A stretch of DNA of 64,000 nucleotides from positions 1,302,001 to 1,366,000 of the forward strand of contig NC_092672.1 in the NCBI RefSeq assembly GCF_964355755.1, given 5' to 3'. The notes under the pieces were generated by a model. The model was not told the origin of the DNA, did not search any database, and saw only the letters and a program-made list of their open reading frames with translations. Numbering within the stretch: the stretch's first letter is position 1; each line of letters begins with the position of its first letter. Shown piece by piece: positions 13,545-25,628 of this stretch. Made by a program: the position numbers and the translations under genes. The DNA is from Antedon mediterranea. Taxonomy: Eukaryota > Animalia > Echinodermata.

Positions 13545-13830
13545 GGGGTGTGGCGCAGTGTGTTGGACGTTCGACTACTGATTGTGAGATCGAGGTTCGA
13601 ATCCAACTCTTGCCGCATTTGCTTGTATCCTTTAGGCAAGATACTTTACTTATGTTTGCCTCTCTCCACCGGTTAGATCAAGACACAACTTTGCGCTGAT
13701 TATATTACTAGCTGCATTATGGGAGTATGTTTCCATACGTGTTTGATACAAAAAATGACTGGGGTAATAATGTTGAGCGCATTGAGAGCTTGCTTATATA
13801 TGCACTATAAGAAGGAATTTTATAATTATT
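13545..13830 (+). mobile_element. tRNA-derived SINE with LINE-like 3' tail
   Basis: A-box-like tggcgcagtgtg, B-box ggttcgaatcc (13594-13604), central tcctttaggcaagatactt, tail gagcgcattgag...cactataag...ttataattatt. Confidence 0.7.
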
Positions 13831-13944
13831 AAAAATAAATACACTAGTCCCTACAGTACATGCATTTAAAAAATAACCAAGTTTGTTTTACAACTATACT
13901 GTAAGTACTAATACTATTTATAATATTAATATTAATAACCTTAC

Positions 13945-14104
13945 CTCCAACATTATACTTGGTGCCGTCGATCCCTGTATACGTGACAATCACGCCCTTC
14001 ACATTTTTCGTTGTTCTTGAACCTTCCGTTCCAAGATCTGTTTTTTCTAATGGACGTTTTCGTTTTGATGCGGAGAGGTCTTGCATTTCTTGGTGCTCAC
14101 TCAT
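13945..14104 (-). CDS. RERE: RERE first coding exon: MSEHQEMQDLSASKRKRPLEKTDLGTEGSRTTKNVKGVIVTYTGIDGTKYNVG(D)
   Basis: ATG at 14104, basic KRKR motif, donor g|gtaagg at 13944 in phase 1, matching the next exon; likely acceptor ctttcaaacag just before 14312. Confidence 0.85.
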
Positions 14105-15266
14105 GCTTGTCGTTACGATTAATCAACAAGCAAATAAATATTGAATAATGTTTGCGTTTACAGAACACATTTTGGTTTATGGAAACATTCTGAAGTTTAT
14201 GTAGTGTAAAACATTAGCAGAAACATTATCTATCAATTGTTCTTGTCAGAAAAGCAAGTATCTCACTCAAGAAGTACAGACTTTAATAGTTTATGGCAGC
14301 AGCAGGTTTCACCTGTTTGAAAGAGACAATAGATAGTTTAATAATTAAAAACTGATGTATCGTCCAAATGATGAACATGAATAATTGTAGAGATATCAAA
14401 TTTCATTTCAAATCATATTGAATTGAATAAATTCTCTACAGTAGGCTCTGTAAAAATAAATCATCGGTAATATTAATAATCTTGGTAATTATAGTACAGT
14501 ATATTACTACAATATTTACATAATAATTATTAATTTTTAGAGGAGCCTACAGTAGCCAAGCCTACAAATTAATGTGGTGGCTGGGTGGGTGGCCTGTTCT
14601 GTTTTAACTACTGTGTAGGCCGAGCCTAGCCTATAGCTATCTAGGCCTAGGCTAGTCCTACCTAAAACTAGGCCTAGGAAGGAGTTAAGTTGTCTTTTTA
14701 AAATTTGCCAGGCCTTTAGGCTACATTCATTACATTTGTTTTATCCTCCTTTACCTAGGCCTAGCAAGCTAGGTCGAAAGGAGTACCATGCAATCTGTTC
14801 ATTCAATGTATTTGAAAAGGGTAAATTGAATCAGATCATCACAATCCTCTCTGCATCACCTCATCTCTTGGCCTGGCTTACTAATAGTAAGGTGGTGAGT
14901 GTAAGCCAACCACCAGCGGAGATGAGACAAAGCATGAACCGTGTAAAACTAAAGGGATACAGGACTAAATTCCGTGCCGGAAAAACACACGAGGCTGTAC
15001 AATATATAAATCATAAACTCACTTAATTGTATCATCAACCATTATAAATCCATAAGATGATAATAATGAATATTTTAGGTATAAATACGTACGTACACTG
15101 ATGTTCCAACAAAGTAAACTTCGCCGATATGTGCATTAGCGTAATATGACCCTTTCGGTGACCTGATAACCTCGGCGTTATCCAGACGTTAAAATGAAAT
15201 ATCACTGGAGATGAACGCCTAAAAAACAGGTTTTTTTTAAAGAGGGCGTTATAACAAATAAAGTTT

Positions 15267-15323
15267 CATGGCCATAGATATAATATAGAGATATAGAGAT
15301 TTCATTCTCTATATATGGCTCTG
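15267..15323. mobile_element. 57-bp micro-MITE with 8-bp TSD (P/hAT-like)
   Basis: TAAAGTTT at 15259-15266 and 15324-15331; imperfect TIR catggccatagata / tatatatggctctg. Confidence 0.6.
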
Positions 15324-17214
15324 TAAAGTTTCAACCACAGTACCACAAAACATTTAATGACAGTAAACACTAATAAAACATTGTCAATAACAAAAAACAG
15401 TATCGTAGCATCTAAGAAAAACTATTTTTATGTAGGCACTAGGCTTGATGATAACAGAAGGAGGAGAATAATAGTATAAAACAAAAATTGATGCGAGTAA
15501 ACCCAAAAGCGCCCCCCATTCATAAGTGATATTGAAAGAACGTCGTCGGGGGTGGGGGGGGGGGGGGGGTTAGTACGTTTAAAAATCGATGCGTTTTCTG
15601 AACTCAGAACAATGTATGGTAAACCATGGGTATTTTCGATAGAACCGTCGATTTACCAACGATAGAAAAAAAACACGTGTAAACATAGCATCATTTCTAT
15701 GGCATAAAGCCATGATTCGTGTAATTAAATAATGGCAAAATAATTTAAAGCGTGAAAAAAATAATTTCCTATGTTAAGCTCGTAGGGCTCAACGCAGTAC
15801 ACACGACGCAAACAATCTGTCCAATCACAAACGAGTAGGCCGCGCCTAGCCTATGATTGGTCAATTATTGCGTTGCGAGTATGCCCTTACGTTGCGTTCC
15901 CAATGGAACCAATATTAATTAACTATTAATTTCTCGTTCTTTTTTTTAGATTTAATACCCGGACTGAAGTTCAATCACGCATGCGTGATGAATTTTACCA
16001 CCAGCTGGAGACAACAGACGAGAGTGTTTTTTTTTAATTAGGACCTTATACGTTAAAACACACAAACAAGTGGTTTTTGTAATTAGCCTAGATCAACAAC
16101 TTTAATAATATTAAATCCCTGAGGCCTCTGTAGAAACAACGATGATATTGCAAAATTTATAGCAATATTGATTATCGTTTGTCTGGCGGGTGCTTACTGC
16201 TGCCTTGCAGTAAATCAGGTGCGTATACTGCCTTGCAGTCAGGTGCGCATACGTACTGCCTTGCAGTCAATCAGGGCAGAAACCACTAAAATACCTCATT
16301 AATCCATCTTCACCGTCTCCACAATTATAATAAATATTTATCGAATGTATGTTTCTTTTGCTGCCCGCCAGGTCTTCAATTTGCATCCATTTTATAAAAA
16401 TAAAATACGTCATAGTTTTAGGTACCAGTTGGTTTTTTTTTTGGTAACATTCAGAAGTTCTTCGAAATAAACCAAGGTAGGCTTCACCTCATCAATCTCA
16501 CAATAATGTATACTCGCCATATTGTGTGTTTTAATACAGTACGGATTGCGCATGTGTGGAAAGTATGTACTAATGAAACGTGATTGCAACTGGGGTGTTA
16601 AGGTGACGAATTCCCGCCTGCAGCAAATTGAATGTCGATAGGCACACTACAATGTAAGATTGATATTGTTATATTTGACACTAAACTAAGGCGTCCATCA
16701 CTCAGTCATAGGTGTACTGCTGATTCGATGTTTGTAGCCCGTAGCAAAGGAATCCAACAAAACGGACTCGTGGTGTGATAATCAATCGTTGTTGCAACAT
16801 TATTCGCGTCTAAAAAGTGTTAACAATATACAGTAATAGTCTGATACCTTCAACATACGACCATCTGAATAGACCAACTTATGGCATTGTTACAATGGGA
16901 CTCCCCTTAATGAAAAATGGAACAGTCTCATGCGAATAGTTCAGCAGTAATAAAATGGCGATTTTTATTTACATCCGACGGAGAGCCACTTATGGAATGA
17001 AATACATTAAACAAGGAAACAACAAAGAGAAGATCAATTAACAACACTTAAATTTAGGAAATAACATTTTCTAAATTTTAGATTTTAGGACAATAACATT
17101 GTATTTTTGCTCTCTTCTTTATCAATATTATTGTTAAAGAAGATATAAAAAATCTAATGAAATAAATGCATTACTTTCCTTCCAGCAAATCATTCACGTG
17201 TGAAAAGATAGAAA

Positions 17215-17436
17215 GAGATAATCAATGATAATCAATGATAATCAATCAGAGATAATCAATGATAATCAATGATAATCAATCAGAGATAATAATAATAATA
17301 ATAATAACAGGATTTTTATAGCGCACATACCACTCAAGAGTGCTCAAGGCGCATTCAAAAAAATAAAACAATCAATAATAATCAATGATAATCAGTCAGA
17401 GATAATCAATGATAATCAATCACTGATAATCAATCA
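17215..17436. repeat. (gataatcaat)n microsatellite interrupted by a minus-strand SINE/LINE 3' tail
   Basis: 10-bp units on both sides of about 17285-17355, which on the minus strand reads ...gcgccttgagcac...gcgctataaaaatcctg(tta)n. Confidence 0.75.
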
Positions 17437-18255
17437 CCAAACATTATCTCAATTTTCACATCCAAGTAATATTTCAATTAATTCTCTTCTTCAATTTTAT
17501 AAACAAATCCTTGGGCTCGTTGACAGATTAGATCAAGTTAATAATACGACAGATATGATGAATGACAAGGCTCGCAAATCGATGTCGAAATATTTAATGA
17601 TTATAAAGATACATGCAAATATATAATAATTCTCAACTGATTTAAAAATTCTGTCTCCCCACGATTTAATAATAGCGGGGCATTAGTGATAAAGAAAATG
17701 ATTATGATAGCAAATTATTAGTGGCTACAAAATGCAGCATATTGTTAACCCACGGCTAAGTTATTGCTTAAAGGCTTTTACTAATCACACATATAATCAA
17801 AGATAATTTCAGATGGTTTTTTCGTCTCGTATTTATGTTTTAATCAATTTTTTATTCTACTCATCATCCAAGGATACGGGACAATGTTATAATAAAGAGG
17901 GCAGTATTACAAGAATCACAACTCATATTCTGAGAATCAAGGAAGATAGTGTTTGGGTATGTTGCTTCGTCAATACCACAATAATAAAACTATACACAAA
18001 GATGTGCTATAACTAACTTTAATAATAACTCAAGTCAGGTCTACGCACGTTGTTTCTCTCTTCCTCCAACTACATACGTCATACGTATGGGCGGCCTTAA
18101 GGGCCTCACAGATAGAACAAGTTATTATTATGTTTTCTTTTTTTAAATTATGTATTGTACCTAAAATTGAAATAACATCGAAAATACATCAACACACTCT
18201 CGAACAAGCCATATTTTAAAGCACGCGCGGTATAATAATGTGTGACGTGTTTATC

Positions 18256-18303
18256 CATAGAAATAGTAGTCACTAATATTAATATTATAGTAATATCTCT
18301 TTG
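18256..18303. mobile_element. 48-bp micro-MITE with 7-bp TSD (P-like CATAG terminus)
   Basis: GTTTATC at 18249-18255 and 18304-18310; catagaaata / tatctctttg termini. Confidence 0.5.
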
Positions 18304-18480
18304 GTTTATCCAATTCACAATGAACGCGCCATAAAGAGAGTAAAGTTTTAAAAGAATTTCGTCGTGGGAACATCATTCGAAAAAGTTATAGGCATAAAAT
18401 CCATGATTTCAGCAGCTGCGCTTAATACGGTTCTATTTAAATTGAATAGACGCACAGAATTCAACGCAGAATATTCAGAG

Positions 18481-18622
18481 AGAACTCAATTACTCAGAAC
18501 ACAGTCATGCAGAACGGAATCACGCAGAACCCAACCATGCAGAACGGAATCACGCAGAACCCAACCATGCAGAACGGAATCACGCAGAACCCAACCATGC
18601 AGAACTCAATCACGCAGAACTC
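18481..18622. repeat. 15-bp subunit / 30-bp higher-order tandem repeat
   Basis: agaacggaatcacgc-agaacccaaccatgc repeated. Confidence 0.9.
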
Positions 18623-20859
18623 GCGTACAGTAGTAGGACGTTGTCATAACTTTATTTCAACACGAATCATCAGTATTTTATAAAGACAGGACACGTATGA
18701 TATAGTTAGGCCCACATTATGTAAGTTGTAAAAAAAATCTTGACAAGCCTATTATTATAAAGAAAAGCAAATGGAGAGATTTGCTGAAGGGTGCACTGTG
18801 ACAATTAGACTAAATATTTTTGCTGACTAGTTTTCTCAGTATTGTAATTCTATTCTTTTTCTTTTATATCAATAAAGTTGAACGGACCTACATATTGTTT
18901 AGATAACTAGGTCTATTATATTGATTGAAATAATCTTTCATTGTAATATAGTATTAACAAACAAAAAACGGAAATACAGCCATAAACGGCCGCCGGTCAA
19001 ATAAGAAGACTTGTCAATTTCAATGATCCTACATATGAGGTAATATTTCAGAAAACAGTAAATTATTTTTTAGGGTTTTTTGTTGATTGATACGTGTTAC
19101 ATGTCATTTGTACGTACGTTATACTTTTGTTCAATTCCCAGGCGCGTGTCATGAATACTAACCACACCACCACTGAATGAATGCAACCAGCTCGATTCTC
19201 AAAGGACGCGTCGCAACGCAAGGACCACGCACAAAGCGCGCAATTAAGTAAACATCGCTTGTGATTGGTCAATACATAATGCAACGCGAGTAATTCAGAA
19301 GCAACAGTAAGAAAAGTAATTTGCTTCTGATTGGTTAAATTGCCGGCGTTGCGCGTGTACGTACTTGCGTTGCGTTCAAGGTGGTGGTAACCGAGCTTAA
19401 CCTTTCACGACACAATAGATCATCCAAACTGACGCTTGTGATTGGTCAACTGGTTGCATTGCGTCCAAGTGGAACAAGTAAACAGGGTGTTGGATTGTTT
19501 TAATCAACTACAGTGTACATCAAGTTATCCGTATTGTTACCAAGTTGTTACCCACAACAATCGTCACTAGCAATATTAACTTTTGGATTATTTCATGTTT
19601 TTAGCAAGAAGTTTCTTCCAGTTTTGTTTATATTATTGGTCTCATTTTAATCAATATCCCAATCAATTCACAATTTAACGTTTATTTCACTTTTCTCAGT
19701 GTAACAATCAAAAACTGTTTGATGTAGAACATAGACAAATCTCCGAAAGAATAATTATGATTATATTGTGGGCTATAAAACAAATTAAATTTACGAACAC
19801 TAACAGGAAGATGTTTGTCTAAAAAATGAGAAGATAATTGAATTTTAAGCTTTATTGATTTTTATTATCCAATTGTTTACTAGTGCATTAGACAACATTG
19901 ATATAAAATAGTTATTCTTGTTTTTATCGATTTTTTCAAAATTGTATTGCGCCGTGGGTCAAATAAACAAGGTTAGTACATTAAACGACCTTGTGTAGGC
20001 TACTTATAAAGCTTCGTTCACACTTGATACCAATCTTACTCTGTGTTCAGTACTTCTTAAAGCTTCGTTCACACTTGTACGCGCGCAACGCAATGACGTA
20101 GGCAAAACGCAATCATAAGCGACAGTTCTGATGGTCCATCGCGTCATGCTTGGTTCAGATTGCTGCTTGCGTTGCGCACACAGTGACAGATGTGGTTTTA
20201 AGAATTAGAAGTAACAAATTGAATATTTAATCATAAAGTGCAATACATAATAAATTTCGAATCATCACACACAACCAAAGTATGACGCGGTGTGTCCAAA
20301 CGTTGATAAGAATGACACGGCGGCTTTTGTACGCGAGAGTGCGTCAACTTTATTTTGACGAACCTTTGAGACGCGATCATGTTCGGAAACGTGCAAAGGG
20401 AGCGTCACACGTATACAGTCGGCATCATACCATCCTGTTTTACGTCATCGTGTTTTACGGCATTGTACCATTTATTGTCATCAACGTCAATACCATAAAC
20501 ATCTGGATTATTTAATATGTATCGTTGTTTTTGCCACCGAGCGCAAAATACTCGACTTGTTTGGTTTTACTCTTCCTTTAAATCATCATTTATATTTTCC
20601 CCAAATATAATTTTCAATTTAATGTTTACGTACATAGGCATCGGTCAGTAACCTGCCATTATATAAGAAGATAAACGGTGCATGTTGGATGTTCCACAAT
20701 CAAATTATAGTAAGGACTAATAGATAATTTGAAACACGACCTAGGAAGTTATAGCTACAGTCGTTGGAGTATGATATCCACGAGTGAATCTATGAGTTGT
20801 TATCGATCACTAAGCTTGTATCTTTAATGTATTCAATCGATATCAATCCATTCTACTGT

Positions 20860-21101
20860 TTCCGGCAGTTTCCGAATGCTACCGAAAATAAATAGTCGAT
20901 TACTGTGGAACTGTCGTCTTAAATGCATGCGATCGATGGCGATCTATTCGCAACAAAACTTCCGGCCGTTTCCGAATGCTACCGAAAATAAATAGTCGAT
21001 CACTATGGCACGCCGTCTTAAATGCATGCAATCGATAGCGATCTATTCGCAAAAAAACTTCCGGCCGTTTCCGAATGCTACCGAATAAGAATAGTCGATT
21101 A
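20860..21101. repeat. About 100-bp tandem repeat, about 2.4 copies
   Basis: ttccgg..gtttccgaatgctaccgaa recurs at about 20860, 20960 and 21059. Confidence 0.88.
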
Positions 21102-23004
21102 TGACTGGCAGTTGAAGCTGCTTAGGAGGATGTGATCTAATGATTCGCTCTTACAATAACAAACAAGAGGGGTTGTCGCAGCTGATTTGTGGGTGTGTTG
21201 TCTGATGAATTCATTCTGATTTATAATTCAGGCGATATGTCTCAATACATCATACACAATGGTATACATATTGATACGAATAGGTTCATCAAACAATATG
21301 GACGTTTGACAGTACTTGACGTTGGAACATACCAATATATATATTTAATGTTGTTTATTAAGTTTATAATCTCATTAAGATAAGGTAACTTAATATTACG
21401 TCTGAGAAAAATAAGACGATAATTAAATAGAAATAACAATGATAATATATAATTAAACAATTCGGTGATAATATTATACTAGTTATGATGACTTATTGTT
21501 GATATTTCATACTTCGTTGGATTATGCAGGGAAGTCACACACGACGCACACAATCGCGCGCGTACAAAAGCCACACTGTCATCATTGTATGAACGCGCGC
21601 GTAAAATTATGTGTTATGGTCCCAGATGCAACGATAACATAAGATGGCAAGTGTGTTTTAGTACACAATTAGGCCTATTATTTCAAAATTAGTGTATTGT
21701 ATTATTATTTGTAATCCGCAATTTCTAAACGTTATATTTCCTAAATATCTCACCAAAGTAATAAACATTATGTGACCTAAATGCATTTGCTTAATTAATG
21801 GAAAGCGCAAATGTTCTTGTTTTTACATATTTTCTCGCTGCTTTAACGAGTTAACAAACAAACAAACAAACAAACAAGACGCCGGTATGAGACGACTGGT
21901 GACGTAATAACGCTTTACTAATGCGTATCGCTCGCATACAATCAAGAGCGTATCTGCGTATTCGTAAGCGTTATTTTGAAACCGTCGTTCTCATACCGTT
22001 CTGTTCGTAAATTCATTAGTACCAGACATGACATTTTTATATTCAATAGTTTTTGCAGTGTGGTACCATCCTGGAAAATTGCAATCAGTTAGCATTGTCT
22101 CGCGTGCACTCGTAGTGTCAGCAAAGGGTACTACAGAATTAATATCTTTTTTTACACGCGAGTATAGGCCTAGCCTAATGAGAGATATTGAGGATATCGA
22201 ATATTGTTATTTACCGAGGCACATCAGAATGTCATCACATGTTTCTTATTTTATTTTTTAATGTATATAAAGTTTCATGTCATTTCGTGGATTTACCTCT
22301 GGGAGTTCCCGCATTGTTAAAATTAATATAGCATAATGACTTTACAAGTTGTTGACAGTGTAGGTGTTAATGCTTTAAAGTGCATTTTGGTTATTAAGTG
22401 TAAATATTTATAAATTTTGTTGAAAAAAAAAACGAGATAGAGTCTAGTATAGAATTAGAATTATTCATTATTCTAGAAATATATTTCTGCCACTCATTAT
22501 ATCTCTAAATAACGTCCTGTGGTGGAATCTAAATACTTTACTTCCGCAACGATGATTCGGAAAATTCGAAAATAATGTACATTTACAACGCGATTTCATC
22601 TCGTTGAAAATGATTAGAACACCAAAACGACATCCATACGCGTGTGAAGAGAGGAAATATTATTATCAACAATGTAACACTTTACTATTACGCGTTCGCT
22701 CGCGTAAAAAAAACAAGCGTTTTAGTCTGAATCAAAGAGCGAACAGCTCGATGTTCATTTCAATCGCGTATCATGTCTGCTGAGTTTTTCGATTCGCATG
22801 AATGCTTACAACAAAAATGCGCGAATCGAAAGCGCCAGCTATACGCATGCGTATTCATGTTTCCATCTTCCAAATCACACTCAGCTCTCTACGTATCATC
22901 CGTATCGTCATAGGCCATGTTTTCGCCGAATATAACACAGAAAATATGTTATTTTACGACGTCGTCGACGTCACGTCCTGAATGTTTAAAACGATCGCAT
23001 TAAT

Positions 23005-23215
23005 TGGATAATTACCGTATCTAGTTTGAATGAGATAATTATGTTCGAGTATATCGATTAATACCCAGTTTATACCATATTATCGGATAATTACCGGGTT
23101 TTTCCTCGGATAATTACCGGGGGTTTTCCTCGGATAGTTACTGGGGTTTTCCTCGGATAATTACCGGGGTTTTCCTCGGATAATTATCGGTTAATTTGGT
23201 ATCGAATAATTATTG
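23005..23215. repeat. About 23-bp tandem repeat (cggataattaccggggttttcct)
   Basis: Four to five good copies at about 23083-23190 with degenerate flanking copies. Confidence 0.8.
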
Positions 23216-25367
23216 GCAATAATTGATTTTTTTCGTTTTATGTTTCTTGTTTCAACTGTGATGATACACATGTAAGGTACCAAATCATGTGTGCAGTAAA
23301 ACCTCGATAATTAGCAGGCCTAATTACCTGTAAAAATTCCTAAAACTAATTTCAAATATCCATCAACCTCAGACTATATGAAATCTACCTAATACACGTC
23401 GTATTTGATGTATTTTTGTACTTAATGCAAAGTAAAAGGTATTTCTATTAATGTCTTGTAATGCAATAAACAAATAGTTACAATGTTTTCCGTCTTGAAC
23501 ATAATTGGATTCAGTTGTAGTGTTGCGCACGGCAACTTTTCTTATAAGGAACCTAATTTAATTGGCAACCATTCAACTCCACCGTCCTATTAGCCGTTTG
23601 CACCAATCACTTTCAAATATAACGCGCGCGCTGTAACTTTGATAACAATGGGGCTTTTTTGCCGAGGATATACTCTGGTTCGTTGTATAGGTGGAGTGGA
23701 GTGGATTGGCGAAGGCGGCGGATAAAGTAAAATGTTTTGGTTTGTTTTAATAAATATTTATCTAGGCCTAGAGTTGATTCATATTGGGAATCTTTAAGTT
23801 TTCCTATCCCTTCGCGTTTCTTACGACAGGTGACGTCAAGATATGTTGATTATAAAAGGCAGTAAAAGTTTCCACATAAGCCTAACCCTGGAATTTCACT
23901 AATAGTAGTTTGTAAATTCTCAAGAGTACATTCACTTTCTGCCATGAGTATAATAAACGTGTTTTTCAACACATCATAATACTATAAAGCACACCATAAA
24001 AATACCTTACATTATACAATAATAGAACTAGAAAGTAGAAAGTAGGCCGGATTCGTAAAGTACCACACTTAGGCGGGCACTTAGGCAATCTATCCATTTC
24101 TGTTCTCTATTTCCAACTTTCATTATAATTCTGCTATCAAATTTTACATAAAGGAAAGAAATTGTAAAAAAAGGATAACTAAATCATTTCACTGAATGTT
24201 TGATTGAGACGTTATTAAATTACGTTTGATACGTTATTAAATTACGTTTGATACGTTTTCAAGTTACGCTATAGGACACCAAGGAAAGTTGAAAAAAAAC
24301 ACAACATTTAAAACTTTTCTTTAATAATAAATGCCACAAATTATACTGGTAAATAAACTTCTGATACTTTTAGCGTGTGACAGGTTAAGTAATTTACTCG
24401 AAGTTTACTCGAAAATGCACATACACACGAGAGTAACCAGCGGTATGGTCTCTAAAATATCACAGAATAGACAAAAAACTAACGAATCAAAACTGTTCAA
24501 ATCTCGCACATAATATAATTTTAATATTTAAAATCATTTGAAAATATAACAATATTTAAATGAGGTCATTTTACAATTATTACTTGTTAATTAATAAAAT
24601 ATCTTGTTTAAATAATTTTCACTATTGAAAACTAAACTGTACACAGCGAATTCGTTAACGAACAAAATGTGTTTAATTTTGTACATTAATGACCCCAAAT
24701 TAACACAAACTGTTTATATTATTCATGTTTTAAGGCAGAACTCAAGAGACTAATTAAGTGTGAAGAATCTAGAACTTGTTTTACTAACTTCAACAAATTG
24801 AGAGTGCATGGCGTGACATTACTGACGAGTGTTATCCATTGTAAACACGTATTACGCTAGACATCGTAAGTAGCACTTTTGGTGAATTCAAAAAACAGTA
24901 CTTTCATCAAATTCTCTAGTTGTATTATGCTTCTTATAATAATATATATCTACCTGGACGCCACGCAGCTATTGAGTCTAACAGACATTCCACGCATGCT
25001 CATATACTTCTAAGCGTACGCAGAATGACTTTTCGGCTCGATAGCTGCGAAGTCGAATGGTACGTCAAAAGTTGCTAATATCTGAAGTACAGTATCCAAA
25101 ATCAGACCAAATTACCTTACACTCATTGTTTAAACAACTTATCTTGCATTTTAATTTTCCAAATTATACTCCATTTTCGAGATAGAAAACCTGTTCAAAA
25201 TGACTTTACACCTTAAACCATACTGATCAGAAACGACCTATCACTGGTGGTCAACTTCTACAAGGCATCACGTGACAGTGCGTACAAAAAATGTTGGTAG
25301 TGTTCAACGTACGCTGGATGTATAATAATTTATTTAATATTATGTAAATTAAGAAAAAAAAACCAGT

Positions 25368-25628
25368 TTATAATCTTGCACTTCGACCGGTTCTGCATCG
25401 TCCCCTGCCTTTCCAGAAGTCCGGTATACAATTAGAAGGACGCGGAGATTTTCTGACCATTATTGGTTCATGCGGGAACAACTGTTGCACTACATCTTGC
25501 GTTTCGTCATCAACCGGCCTTTCTTGGGTTTCTAATTCTGATGTTGCCAGTTTTCGAACAAGGTCGAAAAGTCGACTTTTCAATACTTCTCCCAATTCAT
25601 TGGAAACTAACTCTCTTCCTTCTGGATC
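25368..25628 (-). CDS. SS2: Somatostatin-like (SS2-type) neuropeptide precursor, exon 2: DPEGRELVSNELGEVLKSRLFDLVRKLATSELETQERPVDDETQDVVQQLFPHEPIMVRK-SPRPSNCIPDFWKGRGRC-RTGRSARL*
   Basis: Acceptor cttttttcag, phase 0; acidic propeptide, RK dibasic site, two-Cys ring with FWK. DFWKGRG is shared with starfish ArSS2 (RAKNARCMADFWKGRGLVC, from memory). Confidence 0.9.
   Translation of the reverse strand, partial: DPEGRELVSNELGEVLKSRLFDLVRKLATSELETQERPVDDETQDVVQQLFPHEPIMVRKSPRPSNCIPDFWKGRGRCRTGRSARL

Larger units (their letters stand above)
223..14104 (-). other. RERE: RERE/atrophin gene, 5' part (spliced model: 14104-13945, 5299-5229, 1406-1301, 972-876, 327-223; continues off the left edge)
   Basis: Five GT-AG exons with compatible phases (1,0,1,2,2) join into ...[130 protein letters not shown]. 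This matches the RERE BAH domain motifs as recalled ([57 protein letters not shown]). Confidence 0.93.

Noticed and set aside
13545-13620. Functional tRNA gene (also 2512-2585 and 39856-39940)
   Set aside because: A/B boxes are present but cloverleaf stems are broken and each continues into a SINE body and tail.
15548-15568. G-quadruplex regulatory element
   Set aside because: A simple poly-G run of uncertain length, with no further evidence.
18364-18633. 89-aa ORF with RTESRRTQPC repeats
   Set aside because: Translation of a 30-bp tandem repeat, with a non-ATG start and no splice context.
21202-21208. Other CUGANGA matches as hammerheads (also 39075-39081, about 18667 and about 30463)
   Set aside because: No stem II followed by GAAA and no stem I pairing.
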